Origin: an uncultured beta proteobacterium
GTDB taxonomy: Bacteria > Pseudomonadota > Gammaproteobacteria > Burkholderiales > SG8-41
Length of the DNA stretch: 64,000 nucleotides
Assembly (NCBI GenBank): GCA_903905655.1
Contig: CAIVHG010000083.1
Span: 2,785 to 66,784 of the forward strand
Direction: 5' to 3'
Below the pieces are notes generated by a model, which did no database searches, was not told where the DNA came from, and was given only the letters and a program-made list of their open reading frames with translations. Of this stretch, positions 1 to 8,947 are shown in pieces; the first letter of the stretch is position 1; each line of letters starts with the position of its first letter. Made by a program: the position numbers and the translations under genes.

Positions 1-776
1 GCGGTTAAGATGAAATCCAGTCCCAGCACCGCCAGCGATGAGGTCACCACCGTCCGCGTGGTGGCGCCCGACACGCCTTCGGCGGTCGGCGGTGCATCAT
101 AGCCCTCGAACAGCGCGATCCAGGTGACGGCGATCCCAAACACGACGCTCTTGATGACACCGTTCACGATGTCTTCCCGAAAATCGACTGCGCTTTGCAT
201 CTGCGACCAGAACGAACCCTGGTCGACGCCAATAACCACGACCCCGATCAGGTAGCCGCCGTAGATGCCCATTGCGCTGAACATCGCTGCCAGCAGCGGC
301 ATCGAAATCACCCCCGCCCAGAAGCGCGGCGCCACCACGCGGGCAATCGGATCGACCGCCATCATCTCCATCGCCGAGAGCTGTTCGGTCGCCTTCATCA
401 AGCCGATCTCGGCCGTCATCGCGGATCCGGCGCGACTGGCAAACAGCAGCGCGGACACCACCGGCCCCAGCTCGCGCACCAGCGACAAGGCAACCAGCAC
501 TCCGAGGGCCGATTCCGAGCCATAGATCTTCAGCGTCTGGTAGCCCTGAAAACCCAACACCATGCCGACAAATAATCCCGAGACCAGAATGATGATCAGC
601 GAAAGCACGCCGGTAAAGTACAGTTCGCGCACGATCAGCCGCGGACGCCGGAAGCAGGTTCCCGAATGCAGAATCGTAAGCGCAATAAACCGCGCAGAGT
701 AACCGAAGCGCAACACACCGTCGACAATGTGGTGGCCAATGCCGCGAATATTGATGATGGAACCGCGGTTAAACAA
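1..776 (-). CDS. mlaE: Phospholipid ABC transporter permease MlaE (C-terminus runs off the window)
   Basis: The reverse frame is open from a TTG at 776 to the window edge. The translation ([25 protein letters not shown]...[66 protein letters not shown]...LDFILTA) reads as the MlaE/YrbE family. The start overlaps the mlaF stop. It is absent from the ORF track because no stop lies inside the window. Confidence 0.8.
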   Translation of the reverse strand, partial: MFNRGSIINIRGIGHHIVDGVLRFGYSARFIALTILHSGTCFRRPRLIVRELYFTGVLSLIIILVSGLFVGMVLGFQGYQTLKIYGSESALGVLVALSLVRELGPVVSALLFASRAGSAMTAEIGLMKATEQLSAMEMMAVDPIARVVAPRFWAGVISMPLLAAMFSAMGIYGGYLIGVVVIGVDQGSFWSQMQSAVDFREDIVNGVIKSVVFGIAVTWIALFEGYDAPPTAEGVSGATTRTVVTSSLAVLGLDFILT

Positions 777-1572
777 GTTCGAGCTCCTCGCTGAAGTCTT
801 TACTGGGGTATTGGTAAGCAACCGGTCCGTCGGCCTCACCCCACACGAACTGGTGCACCAGCGGGTCCTTTGAGGCGCGCAGCTCGTCCGGTGTGCCGTG
901 CGCGACCATCACGCCCTCGGACAGATAGTACACGTAGTCGACCACGTCGAGCGCTTCCTGCACGTCGTGCGTCACCACGATCGAAGTAGAGCCGAGCGCG
1001 TCGTTGAGCTTGCGCACCAGATTGCGTATTACCCCGAGCGAGATCGGATCGAGGCCGGTAAATGGCTCGTCGTACATGATGAGCATGGGATCGAGCGCAG
1101 TCGAGCGTGCAAGCGCCACGCGCCGCGCCATGCCTCCGGAAAGCTCGCCGGGCATTAGATGGTGCGCGCCGCGCAGGCCCACGGCATGCAGCTTCATCAT
1201 GACGAGGTCATGAATCATCGCTTCGGGCAGATCGGTATGCTCGCGCATCTGAAACGCGACATTGTCAAATACCGACAGGTCGGTAAACAAGGCGCCGAAC
1301 TGAAACAGCATGCCCATGCGCCGGCGCATCCGGTACAGGCCCTCGCGATCGAGGTCGTGAGTAAACTGTCCATCGATCTTCACCGATCCCTGCGTAGGCT
1401 TCAACGCCCCGCCGATCAGGCGCAGCAGCGTGGTCTTGCCCGAGCCGCTGATGCCCATGATCGCCACGACCTTGCCGCGCGGAATCACCATGTCGATATC
1501 GCTGAGGATCGTGCGGCGCTTGTCGTACGAGTAGCCGACGCCGGAGATTTCAATCAAATTATCTGAAGCCAT
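769..1572 (-). CDS. mlaF: Phospholipid ABC transporter ATP-binding protein MlaF
   Basis: 267 aa with Walker [10 protein letters not shown], signature [13 protein letters not shown] and Walker B LIMYDEP. It sits immediately upstream of mlaE on the same strand. Confidence 0.9.
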   Translation of the reverse strand: MASDNLIEISGVGYSYDKRRTILSDIDMVIPRGKVVAIMGISGSGKTTLLRLIGGALKPTQGSVKIDGQFTHDLDREGLYRMRRRMGMLFQFGALFTDLSVFDNVAFQMREHTDLPEAMIHDLVMMKLHAVGLRGAHHLMPGELSGGMARRVALARSTALDPMLIMYDEPFTGLDPISLGVIRNLVRKLNDALGSTSIVVTHDVQEALDVVDYVYYLSEGVMVAHGTPDELRASKDPLVHQFVWGEADGPVAYQYPSKDFSEELELV

Positions 1573-1810
1573 GGCGCAACCGTGAGCCGAATTTTTTCAT
1601 TGTAGCATTCGATAACTGGTGCTCTATCCGAACCCAACTGCAATTTGCCGTGCGCTCAAACCCAACAATCCCGGTAATTCTGACCGCTTTTCTTACAAGC
1701 GATTATAAGGCTTACACGATGCGCTGACTAGTTCCAATTTCCGAGACAAAAGGCCTCAATCAAGCGCTGCATGTGCGCTAGAATCCGTTGCAAATTAGCT
1801 GTGCCCACCC

Positions 1811-2575
1811 ATGTCAAAAACGGCGCTCACCTTCTCAAGTCTCACCAAGGATTATGGCCGCTCGGCCGTACTAAACGCCGTCTCGTTTGAGGTGGCCGCC
1901 GGGGATTTTTTTGGTCTGGTCGGGGTGAACGGGACCGGAAAGACCACACTGCTCAAATGCATGCTCGATCTATGTGCAGCCGATTCCGGAACCATTGAAA
2001 TTTTCGGCCGCTCGCACCGTGACCATACTGCACGCCAACGGCTCTCATTCCTGCCGGAGCGTTTCAATCCACCTTATTTCCTGACCGGCGAAAATTTCAT
2101 CCGCCATGCGCTACGCCTTCAATCGGTCGCCTATGATCGCCGGCAGGCTGAGCACACACTGGGCATGCTTGATCTCGATCTAGCAGCGCTGAAACTTCCA
2201 GTGCGCGCTTATTCCAAAGGCATGACGCAAAAACTGGGGCTGGCTGCTTGCTTCCTGAGCGGCAGGGAACTCTACGTATTCGACGAACCGACGAGTGGGC
2301 TGGATCCCAAGGCGCGCGCGCAATTTAAATCGCATCTACGCGAACTCAAGCGGCGATCTCACACGCTTTTTCTGACATCGCACGCCTTGACCGACGTCGC
2401 TGAAATCTGTGACCGCGTGGCGGTGATGCACGCGGGAAAGCTGTGCTTTGCTGGCACGCCGCGCGAGTTGTGCCAGAAATTTGGAGCGGACGCACTGGAG
2501 CAGGCATTTCTACGCTGCATAGAATCGAGCGCAGCGCACGATGCGTCGAATAATTCGCTGGGCCGCGCCGCTTAA
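1811..2575 (+). CDS. ABC transporter ATP-binding protein (ABC-2/NatA-like subfamily), no adjacent permease
   Basis: 254 aa with Walker A GVNGTGKTT, variant signature YSKGMTQKLGLA and Walker B LYVFDEPTSGLD. It is divergent from mlaF. A TAGAAT -10-like hexamer lies about 30 nt upstream. Confidence 0.85.
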   Translation: MSKTALTFSSLTKDYGRSAVLNAVSFEVAAGDFFGLVGVNGTGKTTLLKCMLDLCAADSGTIEIFGRSHRDHTARQRLSFLPERFNPPYFLTGENFIRHALRLQSVAYDRRQAEHTLGMLDLDLAALKLPVRAYSKGMTQKLGLAACFLSGRELYVFDEPTSGLDPKARAQFKSHLRELKRRSHTLFLTSHALTDVAEICDRVAVMHAGKLCFAGTPRELCQKFGADALEQAFLRCIESSAAHDASNNSLGRAA

Positions 2576-2653
2576 TGCACAGCAAACTTTGAGCCCTGAC
2601 ACACGCAGTATCAGGTTACGCCGTCAACGCCGCTGACCGACTAAAAACACGCC

Positions 2654-4075
2654 ATGGTCAAGCCTGCTTTGCTGATCGTCGACGATGATCCCATGATCGT
2701 CGATACGCTGAATTTCGTGCTCCAGCGTGAATTCACGGTCTATTCAGCGGCATCGCGTGCCGATGCGCAGGCACTGCTGCGCGGACTCGACCGCGCGCCA
2801 CCTCTTGCACTCGTTGATCTCGGACTGCCGCCGGCCCCGCATCGTCCCGACGAAGGCTATGCTCTGATCGCAGAACTCATCGCTCGTGCGCCGAACATGA
2901 AGATACTCGTGCTCTCTGGGCAAAATGCCGAAGCCAGCGCGCGGCATGCGCGCACCCTGGGCGCAATCGAGTTTATCGCCAAGCCATGCGATCCGGCAAA
3001 GATCAAAGCCATACTGCTCGATGCACTGCACATGAGCGAAGCTGAAATGCGCGCCGCAGCGGCAGATTCGGGACTCGTCGGCGCGAGCCTGCCCATAGAG
3101 AAGCTGCGCTGCCAGATCGCACAATACGCAAACGCGCCATTTCCGGTTCTGATCGAAGGCGAATCCGGCAGCGGGAAGGAACTCGTCGCCGCTGCGCTGC
3201 ACCGCATGAGTGCGCGCGCCGCGCGCGCATTTCTCGCACTGAACTGCGCTGCCATTGCGCCCACCCTGGTCGAGCCCACCCTTTTTGGCTACAGCAAGGG
3301 CTCGTTTACGGGCGCCACCTCGTCGCGTGCGGGCTACTTCGAGGATGCCAAGGACAGCACTCTGTTCCTGGACGAGATCGGGGAATTGCCTCTGGAGCTG
3401 CAGGCGAAGCTGTTGCGGGTGCTGGAAAACGGCGAGTATCAGCGCGTAGGCGAAACTCAGAGCCGGGTCAGCAACGCGCGTGTGATCGCGGCCACCAACC
3501 GCAACCTGCGCAACGAAATGCGCAGCGGGCGCTTCCGCGCCGATCTCTATCACCGGCTGTCGGTATTCACGATCGGGGTCCCGCCGCTGCGCGATTTGGG
3601 TGACGACAAGCACCTGCTGCTTGCATATTATCGGGACTTCTACGCACGCCAAGCGGCAAGCGCACCCTTCGAACTCGACGAGCAGGCGCTGTCGCTATGG
3701 CTTGATTACCCGTTTCCCGGCAACGTGCGCGAGTTGCGCAACATCGTGATCCGCCTGAGCACCAAGTACGGCGGCCAGCGCATAGCCCTCGCCCAACTCG
3801 AGGCCGAGCTCGACATGGAACGCATGCAGCCAGACGCGCCTCCGCTGCCCGTCCGCCAGGATTTCAAGACGGCGCTGGAGGCGGCCAAGAAGCATCTGCA
3901 GACGCAAAAAGACTTCAATCTGGACCTGATGTTGCAGCAGTGGGAACAGAGCTATGTGGAGGCAGCGCTCGCGGCGACCGCCGGTAACCTGTCGCGGGCG
4001 GCCAAATTACTTGGCATACAGCGCACCACGCTCTACAGCCGAATGCGCAACTACGAGTCGGCGCGTGAATCATGA
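2654..4075 (+). CDS. Sigma-54-dependent response regulator (REC + AAA+ + Fis-type HTH), PrsR-like
   Basis: 473 aa. The receiver has the acceptor-Asp context LALVDLGLPPAPHRPDEGYALIAELIARAPNMKILVLSG, which resembles the PEP-CTERM-box regulator family. The AAA+ core has GESGSGKE and the GAFTGA variant GSFTGA. The C-terminus carries the HTH NLSRAAKLLGIQRTTLYSRM. Confidence 0.85.
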   Translation: MVKPALLIVDDDPMIVDTLNFVLQREFTVYSAASRADAQALLRGLDRAPPLALVDLGLPPAPHRPDEGYALIAELIARAPNMKILVLSGQNAEASARHARTLGAIEFIAKPCDPAKIKAILLDALHMSEAEMRAAAADSGLVGASLPIEKLRCQIAQYANAPFPVLIEGESGSGKELVAAALHRMSARAARAFLALNCAAIAPTLVEPTLFGYSKGSFTGATSSRAGYFEDAKDSTLFLDEIGELPLELQAKLLRVLENGEYQRVGETQSRVSNARVIAATNRNLRNEMRSGRFRADLYHRLSVFTIGVPPLRDLGDDKHLLLAYYRDFYARQAASAPFELDEQALSLWLDYPFPGNVRELRNIVIRLSTKYGGQRIALAQLEAELDMERMQPDAPPLPVRQDFKTALEAAKKHLQTQKDFNLDLMLQQWEQSYVEAALAATAGNLSRAAKLLGIQRTTLYSRMRNYESARES

Positions 4076-4164
4076 ACCCCGCCGCCTCGATAGATCGCTG
4101 CCGGATGCGCCCCGCGTCGCCGGGCGCATGCAATCCGCATCCCTGCCACGACTAAGCGAGGCGG

Positions 4165-5715
4165 ATGATGTATTACGAGCACTTCGGTCTGGCACAGCCC
4201 CCGTTCCGGATTACGCCGGACACTGCGTTCTTCTACGATGGCGGCAATCGTGGCCCCATACTGGAAGCGCTGATTTACGCGATCCGGCACGGCGAGGGCA
4301 TCATCAAGGTCACCGGTGAAGTCGGCACCGGCAAAACAACGCTCTGCAGCATGCTGCAGACATTGCTGCCCGCCAGCGTTGAAACCATCTATATCGTCAA
4401 CCCTGGCGTCTCGCCCGCGGAAGTCCTGCGCGCGATTGCGCTCGAACTGCAGCTCGAAGCGCAGCACAGCTCGAGTCATCTTGAACTCATGCAGCTGGTG
4501 CACCACCATCTGCTCAAGTGCCACGCCGAGCACCGCCAGGTGGTCATGTTCGTCGAGGAATCGCAAAACATGCCACTCGCAACCCTGGAAGAGATCCGCC
4601 TGCTCTCGAATCTCGAAACTGCGCGCGGCAAACTGCTGCAAATCGTCCTGTTCGGCCAGCCTGAATTCGACGACACGCTGCGCCAGCCGAATATCAGGCA
4701 ATTGCGGGACCGCATCTGCTACAGCTTTCATCTGTCACCATTGAAGCAGACTGAAATCCGCGACTACCTGAATTTTCGCATGCGTGCGGCGGGCTACCAC
4801 GGGCCAGAACTTTTCACGAAGTGGAACAGCGCCGCGATCGCACGCGGCTCCCGCGGACTCACGCGGCGGATCAATTTGATCGCCGACAAGGCGCTGCTCG
4901 CGGCATATTCCGAGAACACACACGCCATCAAGTTCAAGCATGTTAAAGCCGCGATTCATGACTGCGAATTCGGGAACCTGCAGCCAGCAAAGCCCATGCT
5001 GCAGTTTGCGCTGGCACTCGGGCTGCTGGTGATCGGGACCGGCATCGGCGCGGCGCTCTACCCCATCGTGCGCACCTACCTGAATCGCGCAATTATGCCC
5101 CTCGCCTCCGAGTACCGCGAACTGTTGCCCGCCACAGGCAGCGGCGCATCTGCGCAGAATACCGCGCAGATGCTCTGGGCTAACGATCGTGCCAACTCGC
5201 AACTCATGTACACACAGCGTGTGCTGGCGGCTTCAGTGACCGCGACCGCATCCAGCGTAGACACCACGCCGCCTGCGCGGTCAGTTGATGCGGACGCGAG
5301 ATCTGCGGCGGGCGCTGAGCAGCCGGGAACCACCGAACAGTTAGAGCGGCGGCTTGCAGCGACTCAAGCCTGGCTGGAGCAACGCGCCCAAACCGATTAC
5401 AGCATTCAACTCATGGGTGTCGATAACGTCGCACAGTTGCAGCGTCAGCTCGGCTTTATAGGGAGTCATATCAATGTCAACGAAGTACACTTGTACCGCA
5501 CCATTGCAAAACACCGGCCCTCGCTCACCCTTTTGTACGGCTCGTTTGACGATCGCATGTCCGCTCAGAGCGCACTTGCCCAATTGCCCGCGGGGCTGAA
5601 GGCATTCAAGCCGATATTGCGCACGGCGCAGGGCATCCGTGCCGAGATCGCGCAAGCCGACAACGACAAACGGATCGCGGCACGCGACCGCGCAGCGCCG
5701 ACAAAAACGGAGTGA
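4165..5715 (+). CDS. ExeA/GspA/MshM-like AAA ATPase with a membrane span and a C-terminal SPOR-like domain
   Basis: 516 aa. The N-terminus YEHFGLAQPPFRITPDTAFFY plus P-loop GEVGTGKTT is typical of ExeA/MshM. There is one TM segment (LALGLLVIGTGIGAALY). The C-terminus DYSIQLMG...LYRT...LLYGSFDDRMSAQSALAQL looks like a SPOR or peptidoglycan-binding fold. Confidence 0.8.
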   Translation: MMYYEHFGLAQPPFRITPDTAFFYDGGNRGPILEALIYAIRHGEGIIKVTGEVGTGKTTLCSMLQTLLPASVETIYIVNPGVSPAEVLRAIALELQLEAQHSSSHLELMQLVHHHLLKCHAEHRQVVMFVEESQNMPLATLEEIRLLSNLETARGKLLQIVLFGQPEFDDTLRQPNIRQLRDRICYSFHLSPLKQTEIRDYLNFRMRAAGYHGPELFTKWNSAAIARGSRGLTRRINLIADKALLAAYSENTHAIKFKHVKAAIHDCEFGNLQPAKPMLQFALALGLLVIGTGIGAALYPIVRTYLNRAIMPLASEYRELLPATGSGASAQNTAQMLWANDRANSQLMYTQRVLAASVTATASSVDTTPPARSVDADARSAAGAEQPGTTEQLERRLAATQAWLEQRAQTDYSIQLMGVDNVAQLQRQLGFIGSHINVNEVHLYRTIAKHRPSLTLLYGSFDDRMSAQSALAQLPAGLKAFKPILRTAQGIRAEIAQADNDKRIAARDRAAPTKTE

Positions 5716-5800
5716 CCACGCTATGCCTGCAATCACGACGCGCGACCTGCGCCTCACTACCACTCCTAGTCTCAGCAGCCACAGCTTCCTGCCGGCTGCC

Positions 5801-7600
5801 ATGCCTGCGCGCATCTTCGTCTGCGCGCTCGCCCTATGCATGCTCAATGCCTGCTACCGGCCGGCGGTGTTGCCGCAATCGGAGGGGCACGTCTCAGCCC
5901 CCGCGGCGCGGCCGTCCGCTGGCGAAGCGCCCGCGCTGGCGCGCAACAGCCTGTACCTGCCGCCGCCCAAGCCCGAAATCAAAGCGCCGACCTATACGGT
6001 CGTCGTCAACGAAGTCCCGGTAAAAGAACTGCTGCTCGCGCTCGCGCGCGACACCAAACAGAACATCGACATCCATCCCGCATTGCAGGGGCTGGTGAGC
6101 ATCAACGCCGTGAATCAGACGCTGCCTGCGATTCTCGAGCGCCTCTCCAAGCAGGTAAATCTGCGCTACACCAACAGCGGAAACTCAATCGCAGTTTCCC
6201 CCGACACGCCATACGTAAAGACCTACCGCGTCAATTACGTGAACATGCTGCGCGAGACCACTTCCAGCATCGGTGTTTCCGGCCAAATCCAGGCCGCCGG
6301 CGGCGCGGGAGCGGCCAGCAACACTGCCGCGAGCAGCCAGCTCAACTCCTCAAACACGGTTGTCAAGACCGTTTCCAGCAATAACTTCTGGGACACGCTG
6401 CGCGACAACGTCCGGGCGATCCTCAACTCGACTCGCCAGCAGACGCTCTCGGCGGAAGCGAAAGCGGAACGCGCCGATCTCGTTAGGCAAGAGCAGGAAT
6501 TCAGGATCAAGCAGCTGGAGGCCACAAGCCGCGCCGGTCAGGGCGCATCCGGGGTCGCCAACAACATCATCGCCCCCGGCGGCGCCGTGCCGCAGCCGAC
6601 GCTGCTGCCCGATGATGTGGTCATCAACTCCATGGCCGGCACGTTGACGGTAAATGCGACGGAGAAGCAGCATCAGCTCGTGCAACAGCACCTCGACAGC
6701 ATCCTGCAGATGTCGCAACGCCAGGTATTGATCGAGGCGACGATCGCCGAAGTCACCCTGTCCGATGCCTACCAAGCAGGTATCGACTGGAGCAGGCTGG
6801 CCGTGAGCGGCGGCGTGAGCTTCAATCAATCTCTAATCGGCAGCGTCAGCAATGCGTTCGGGGCAGGCAGCCTCACCATCGGTTACGCGAATCCGACTTC
6901 GAGCGTCGGCAACCTGTTCGCCAATATCCGCCTGCTCAATCAATTCGGCAGCACGCGTGTGCTCTCGAGCCCCAAGCTGATGGCGCTCAACAATCAGACG
7001 GCCCTGCTCAAGATCGTCGACAACATCGTTTATTTCTCGATCGAAGCGCAGCAGGGCATCTCGAACAACGTAGGCATCTCGCCCGCGACCTTCACCACGA
7101 CTGCCCAGACGGTGCCGGTCGGCGTCGTCATGAGCATGACGCCGCAGGTGAATGAGAATGGACAGGTTACGCTGACGGTGCGACCAACGATTACCCGCGT
7201 CATAGATTTCAAGAATGATCCGAACCCCAGTTTGTGCGACGCTGCTCGGGTGAAATGCGTATCCAACCCGGTGCCGGAAATACAAACCCGCGAGATGGAA
7301 TCGGTGCTGCAGCTGGTAAGCGGACAGACCGCCATCATGGGCGGCCTCATGCAGGACAACGTTCGACGCGACCGCAACTCGGTTCCGGGTGCAGGCAATC
7401 TGTCAGGCATCGGTGAGCTGTTCGGCATGCGCAACGAAGTGGTCGCAAAATCGGAACTCGTGATCTTCCTGCGCTCAACGATCATCACCAATCCATCGCT
7501 CGAGAGCGAGGAACTGAAGTTCTATCAGCGCTTTTTGCCGCAGCAGGCCGCAGCGCCAACAGAGCCGCCGCCCGGCAACAGTACAGGTGCCGCGAAATGA
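5801..7600 (+). CDS. Outer-membrane secretin, MshL/GspD-like lipoprotein
   Basis: The secretin C-domain is recognisable (QVLIEATIAEVTLSDAYQAGIDW...STRVLSSPKLMALNNQTALLKIVDN...IMGGLMQDN...VPGAGNLSGIGELFG...SELVIFLRSTII). The ATG at 5801 gives the signal and lipobox MPARIFVCALALCMLNAC. Alternative upstream starts at 5723 and 5639 are less likely. Confidence 0.85.
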   Translation: MPARIFVCALALCMLNACYRPAVLPQSEGHVSAPAARPSAGEAPALARNSLYLPPPKPEIKAPTYTVVVNEVPVKELLLALARDTKQNIDIHPALQGLVSINAVNQTLPAILERLSKQVNLRYTNSGNSIAVSPDTPYVKTYRVNYVNMLRETTSSIGVSGQIQAAGGAGAASNTAASSQLNSSNTVVKTVSSNNFWDTLRDNVRAILNSTRQQTLSAEAKAERADLVRQEQEFRIKQLEATSRAGQGASGVANNIIAPGGAVPQPTLLPDDVVINSMAGTLTVNATEKQHQLVQQHLDSILQMSQRQVLIEATIAEVTLSDAYQAGIDWSRLAVSGGVSFNQSLIGSVSNAFGAGSLTIGYANPTSSVGNLFANIRLLNQFGSTRVLSSPKLMALNNQTALLKIVDNIVYFSIEAQQGISNNVGISPATFTTTAQTVPVGVVMSMTPQVNENGQVTLTVRPTITRVIDFKNDPNPSLCDAARVKCVSNPVPEIQTREMESVLQLVSGQTAIMGGLMQDNVRRDRNSVPGAGNLSGIGELFGMRNEVVAKSELVIFLRSTIITNPSLESEELKFYQRFLPQQAAAPTEPPPGNSTGAAK

Positions 7601-8856
7601 GCCTGTTGATGAAAGCGCTGGAAAAAGCATCCAAAGACCGCGCATCTACAGACGCCGCCCAAAACACGGAAAAAATCTCGGTGCCACGTCCCTGCAGCGC
7701 GCCACCCGATCTTAGGCTTGAGCCGATTCCGCTGCACAGCACAGCTTCGCATGACGCTTCGACCTCACCCCGCAACCCGCAAGGCGCGAGCGCAACCGCT
7801 CATGGAGATGCGCCGGCTGATCCCAGGCTGGCCGGCGTCATCCGGCAGGCGGGCGAACGCAGAGGTAGCAGCCTGATCGGACACTTGAGCGATCACCCGC
7901 TGATCACGTTTGGCGCCTGCGCCGCCCTCTTCCTCGCCTGCTACGGGGGCTATATCTATCTGCAGATCACACGGCCGACGCTACTCGTCAGACTGCCGAT
8001 GGGTCCGGTGGCGGTGGCCGGTGATGCGCCAAACGCGCACCCTTCCGAAATCGCCACCTCAAAGCCCGACTACAGTGCGGCACCAGCGCCTCTCGCGCTC
8101 GCTCCGCTGCTGCAACCGCCCGCTGCACAAACTGTGGAGCCAGGGCTTCCCCGACTATCTGCCGCGGTCGCAGCGCCGCGCCGCAATTCCGCTGCCACCG
8201 GCTCCGTCGCGACGGCTGTGCCAGCTGCGCCGAATTCCGGCAGCGCTGCGATCCAGGTCTCCGCAGGCGACGCAGCCCCCGCGCTCAATCCGCTGCTCGC
8301 ACAGGCCTACCAGGCTTACAACAGCGGCCGCATTGAAACCGCACAGCCGCTCTACGAACAAGCGCTCAAGAGCGAACCGGAAAACCTGGATGTCCGCTAC
8401 GGATTAGCGGCAATCGCCGCACTGCAGGGCGACCAACTCGCAGCAGCGCGGCATTACGTCAGGATTTTAGAGCTCGATCCCCGCAACGCGCTGGCGCAAG
8501 CCGGATTGATCGCGATGGCGGGCAGCGCCGATCCGCTCGCTGCCGAAACGAGACTCAAGCAACTCATCGCACGCGAGCCATCGGCCTATCTCTACTACGC
8601 CCTCGGCAACGCCTATGCCGACCAGCGGCGCTGGCCGGACGCCCAGCAAGCTTATTTCCAGGCGCATCACCTGGAGCCGGCCAACCCCGACTATGCCTAT
8701 AACCTCGCGGTCGGACTCGAGCATATCGGGCAACCGCGCAGCGCGCTCGGCTTCTACAGGCGCGCTGCGCAACTCGCGACGGCGACAGGCCATGCCGGCT
8801 TCGATACTGCAGCCGCGCAGGCGCGCATCTCCCGGCTGGCACGCGATTTTCCCTAA
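7597..8856 (+). CDS. TPR-repeat protein, MshN-like
   Basis: 419 aa. Its start overlaps the secretin stop (ATGA). It has one TM segment, a Pro/Ala-rich linker, then TPR-like repeats (AYQAYNSGRIETAQPLYEQALKSEPENLDVRYGLA..., YYALGNAYADQRRWPDAQQAYFQAHHLEPANPDYAYNLAVGLEH). Its position between secretin and ATPase matches MSHA loci. Confidence 0.65.
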   Translation: MSLLMKALEKASKDRASTDAAQNTEKISVPRPCSAPPDLRLEPIPLHSTASHDASTSPRNPQGASATAHGDAPADPRLAGVIRQAGERRGSSLIGHLSDHPLITFGACAALFLACYGGYIYLQITRPTLLVRLPMGPVAVAGDAPNAHPSEIATSKPDYSAAPAPLALAPLLQPPAAQTVEPGLPRLSAAVAAPRRNSAATGSVATAVPAAPNSGSAAIQVSAGDAAPALNPLLAQAYQAYNSGRIETAQPLYEQALKSEPENLDVRYGLAAIAALQGDQLAAARHYVRILELDPRNALAQAGLIAMAGSADPLAAETRLKQLIAREPSAYLYYALGNAYADQRRWPDAQQAYFQAHHLEPANPDYAYNLAVGLEHIGQPRSALGFYRRAAQLATATGHAGFDTAAAQARISRLARDFP

Positions 8857-8947
8857 CATCACGAGAATAACAGCGCCCACATGCTGCTGCACGCGAACCC
8901 GATGCGAAATTCCATCCTGTCCGACATTCGCGGCACACTGAACTTTC

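Noticed and set aside
5639-5800. N-terminal extensions implied by the longest-ORF calls. Examples: secretin from 5639, desaturase from 41838, purN from 46127, DUF192 from 33849, mutY from 30859, hda from 47094, HAD hydrolase from 47674 and dNK from 50520.
   Set aside because: The extensions are Arg/Ala-rich, overlap upstream genes and precede obvious native N-termini such as signal peptides or conserved first motifs. Internal starts were chosen instead.
8836-8852. A second sigma-54-like element, TGGCAC-GCGAT-TTTCC, at the 3' end of the TPR gene, about 95 bp upstream of the MshE-type ATPase gene.
   Set aside because: The -24 half is perfect, but the -12 half lacks the essential GC dinucleotide (TTTC instead of TTGC). 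It also lies inside coding sequence. TGGCAC hexamers also occur at about 2447, 15545 and 19245 without any -12 element.
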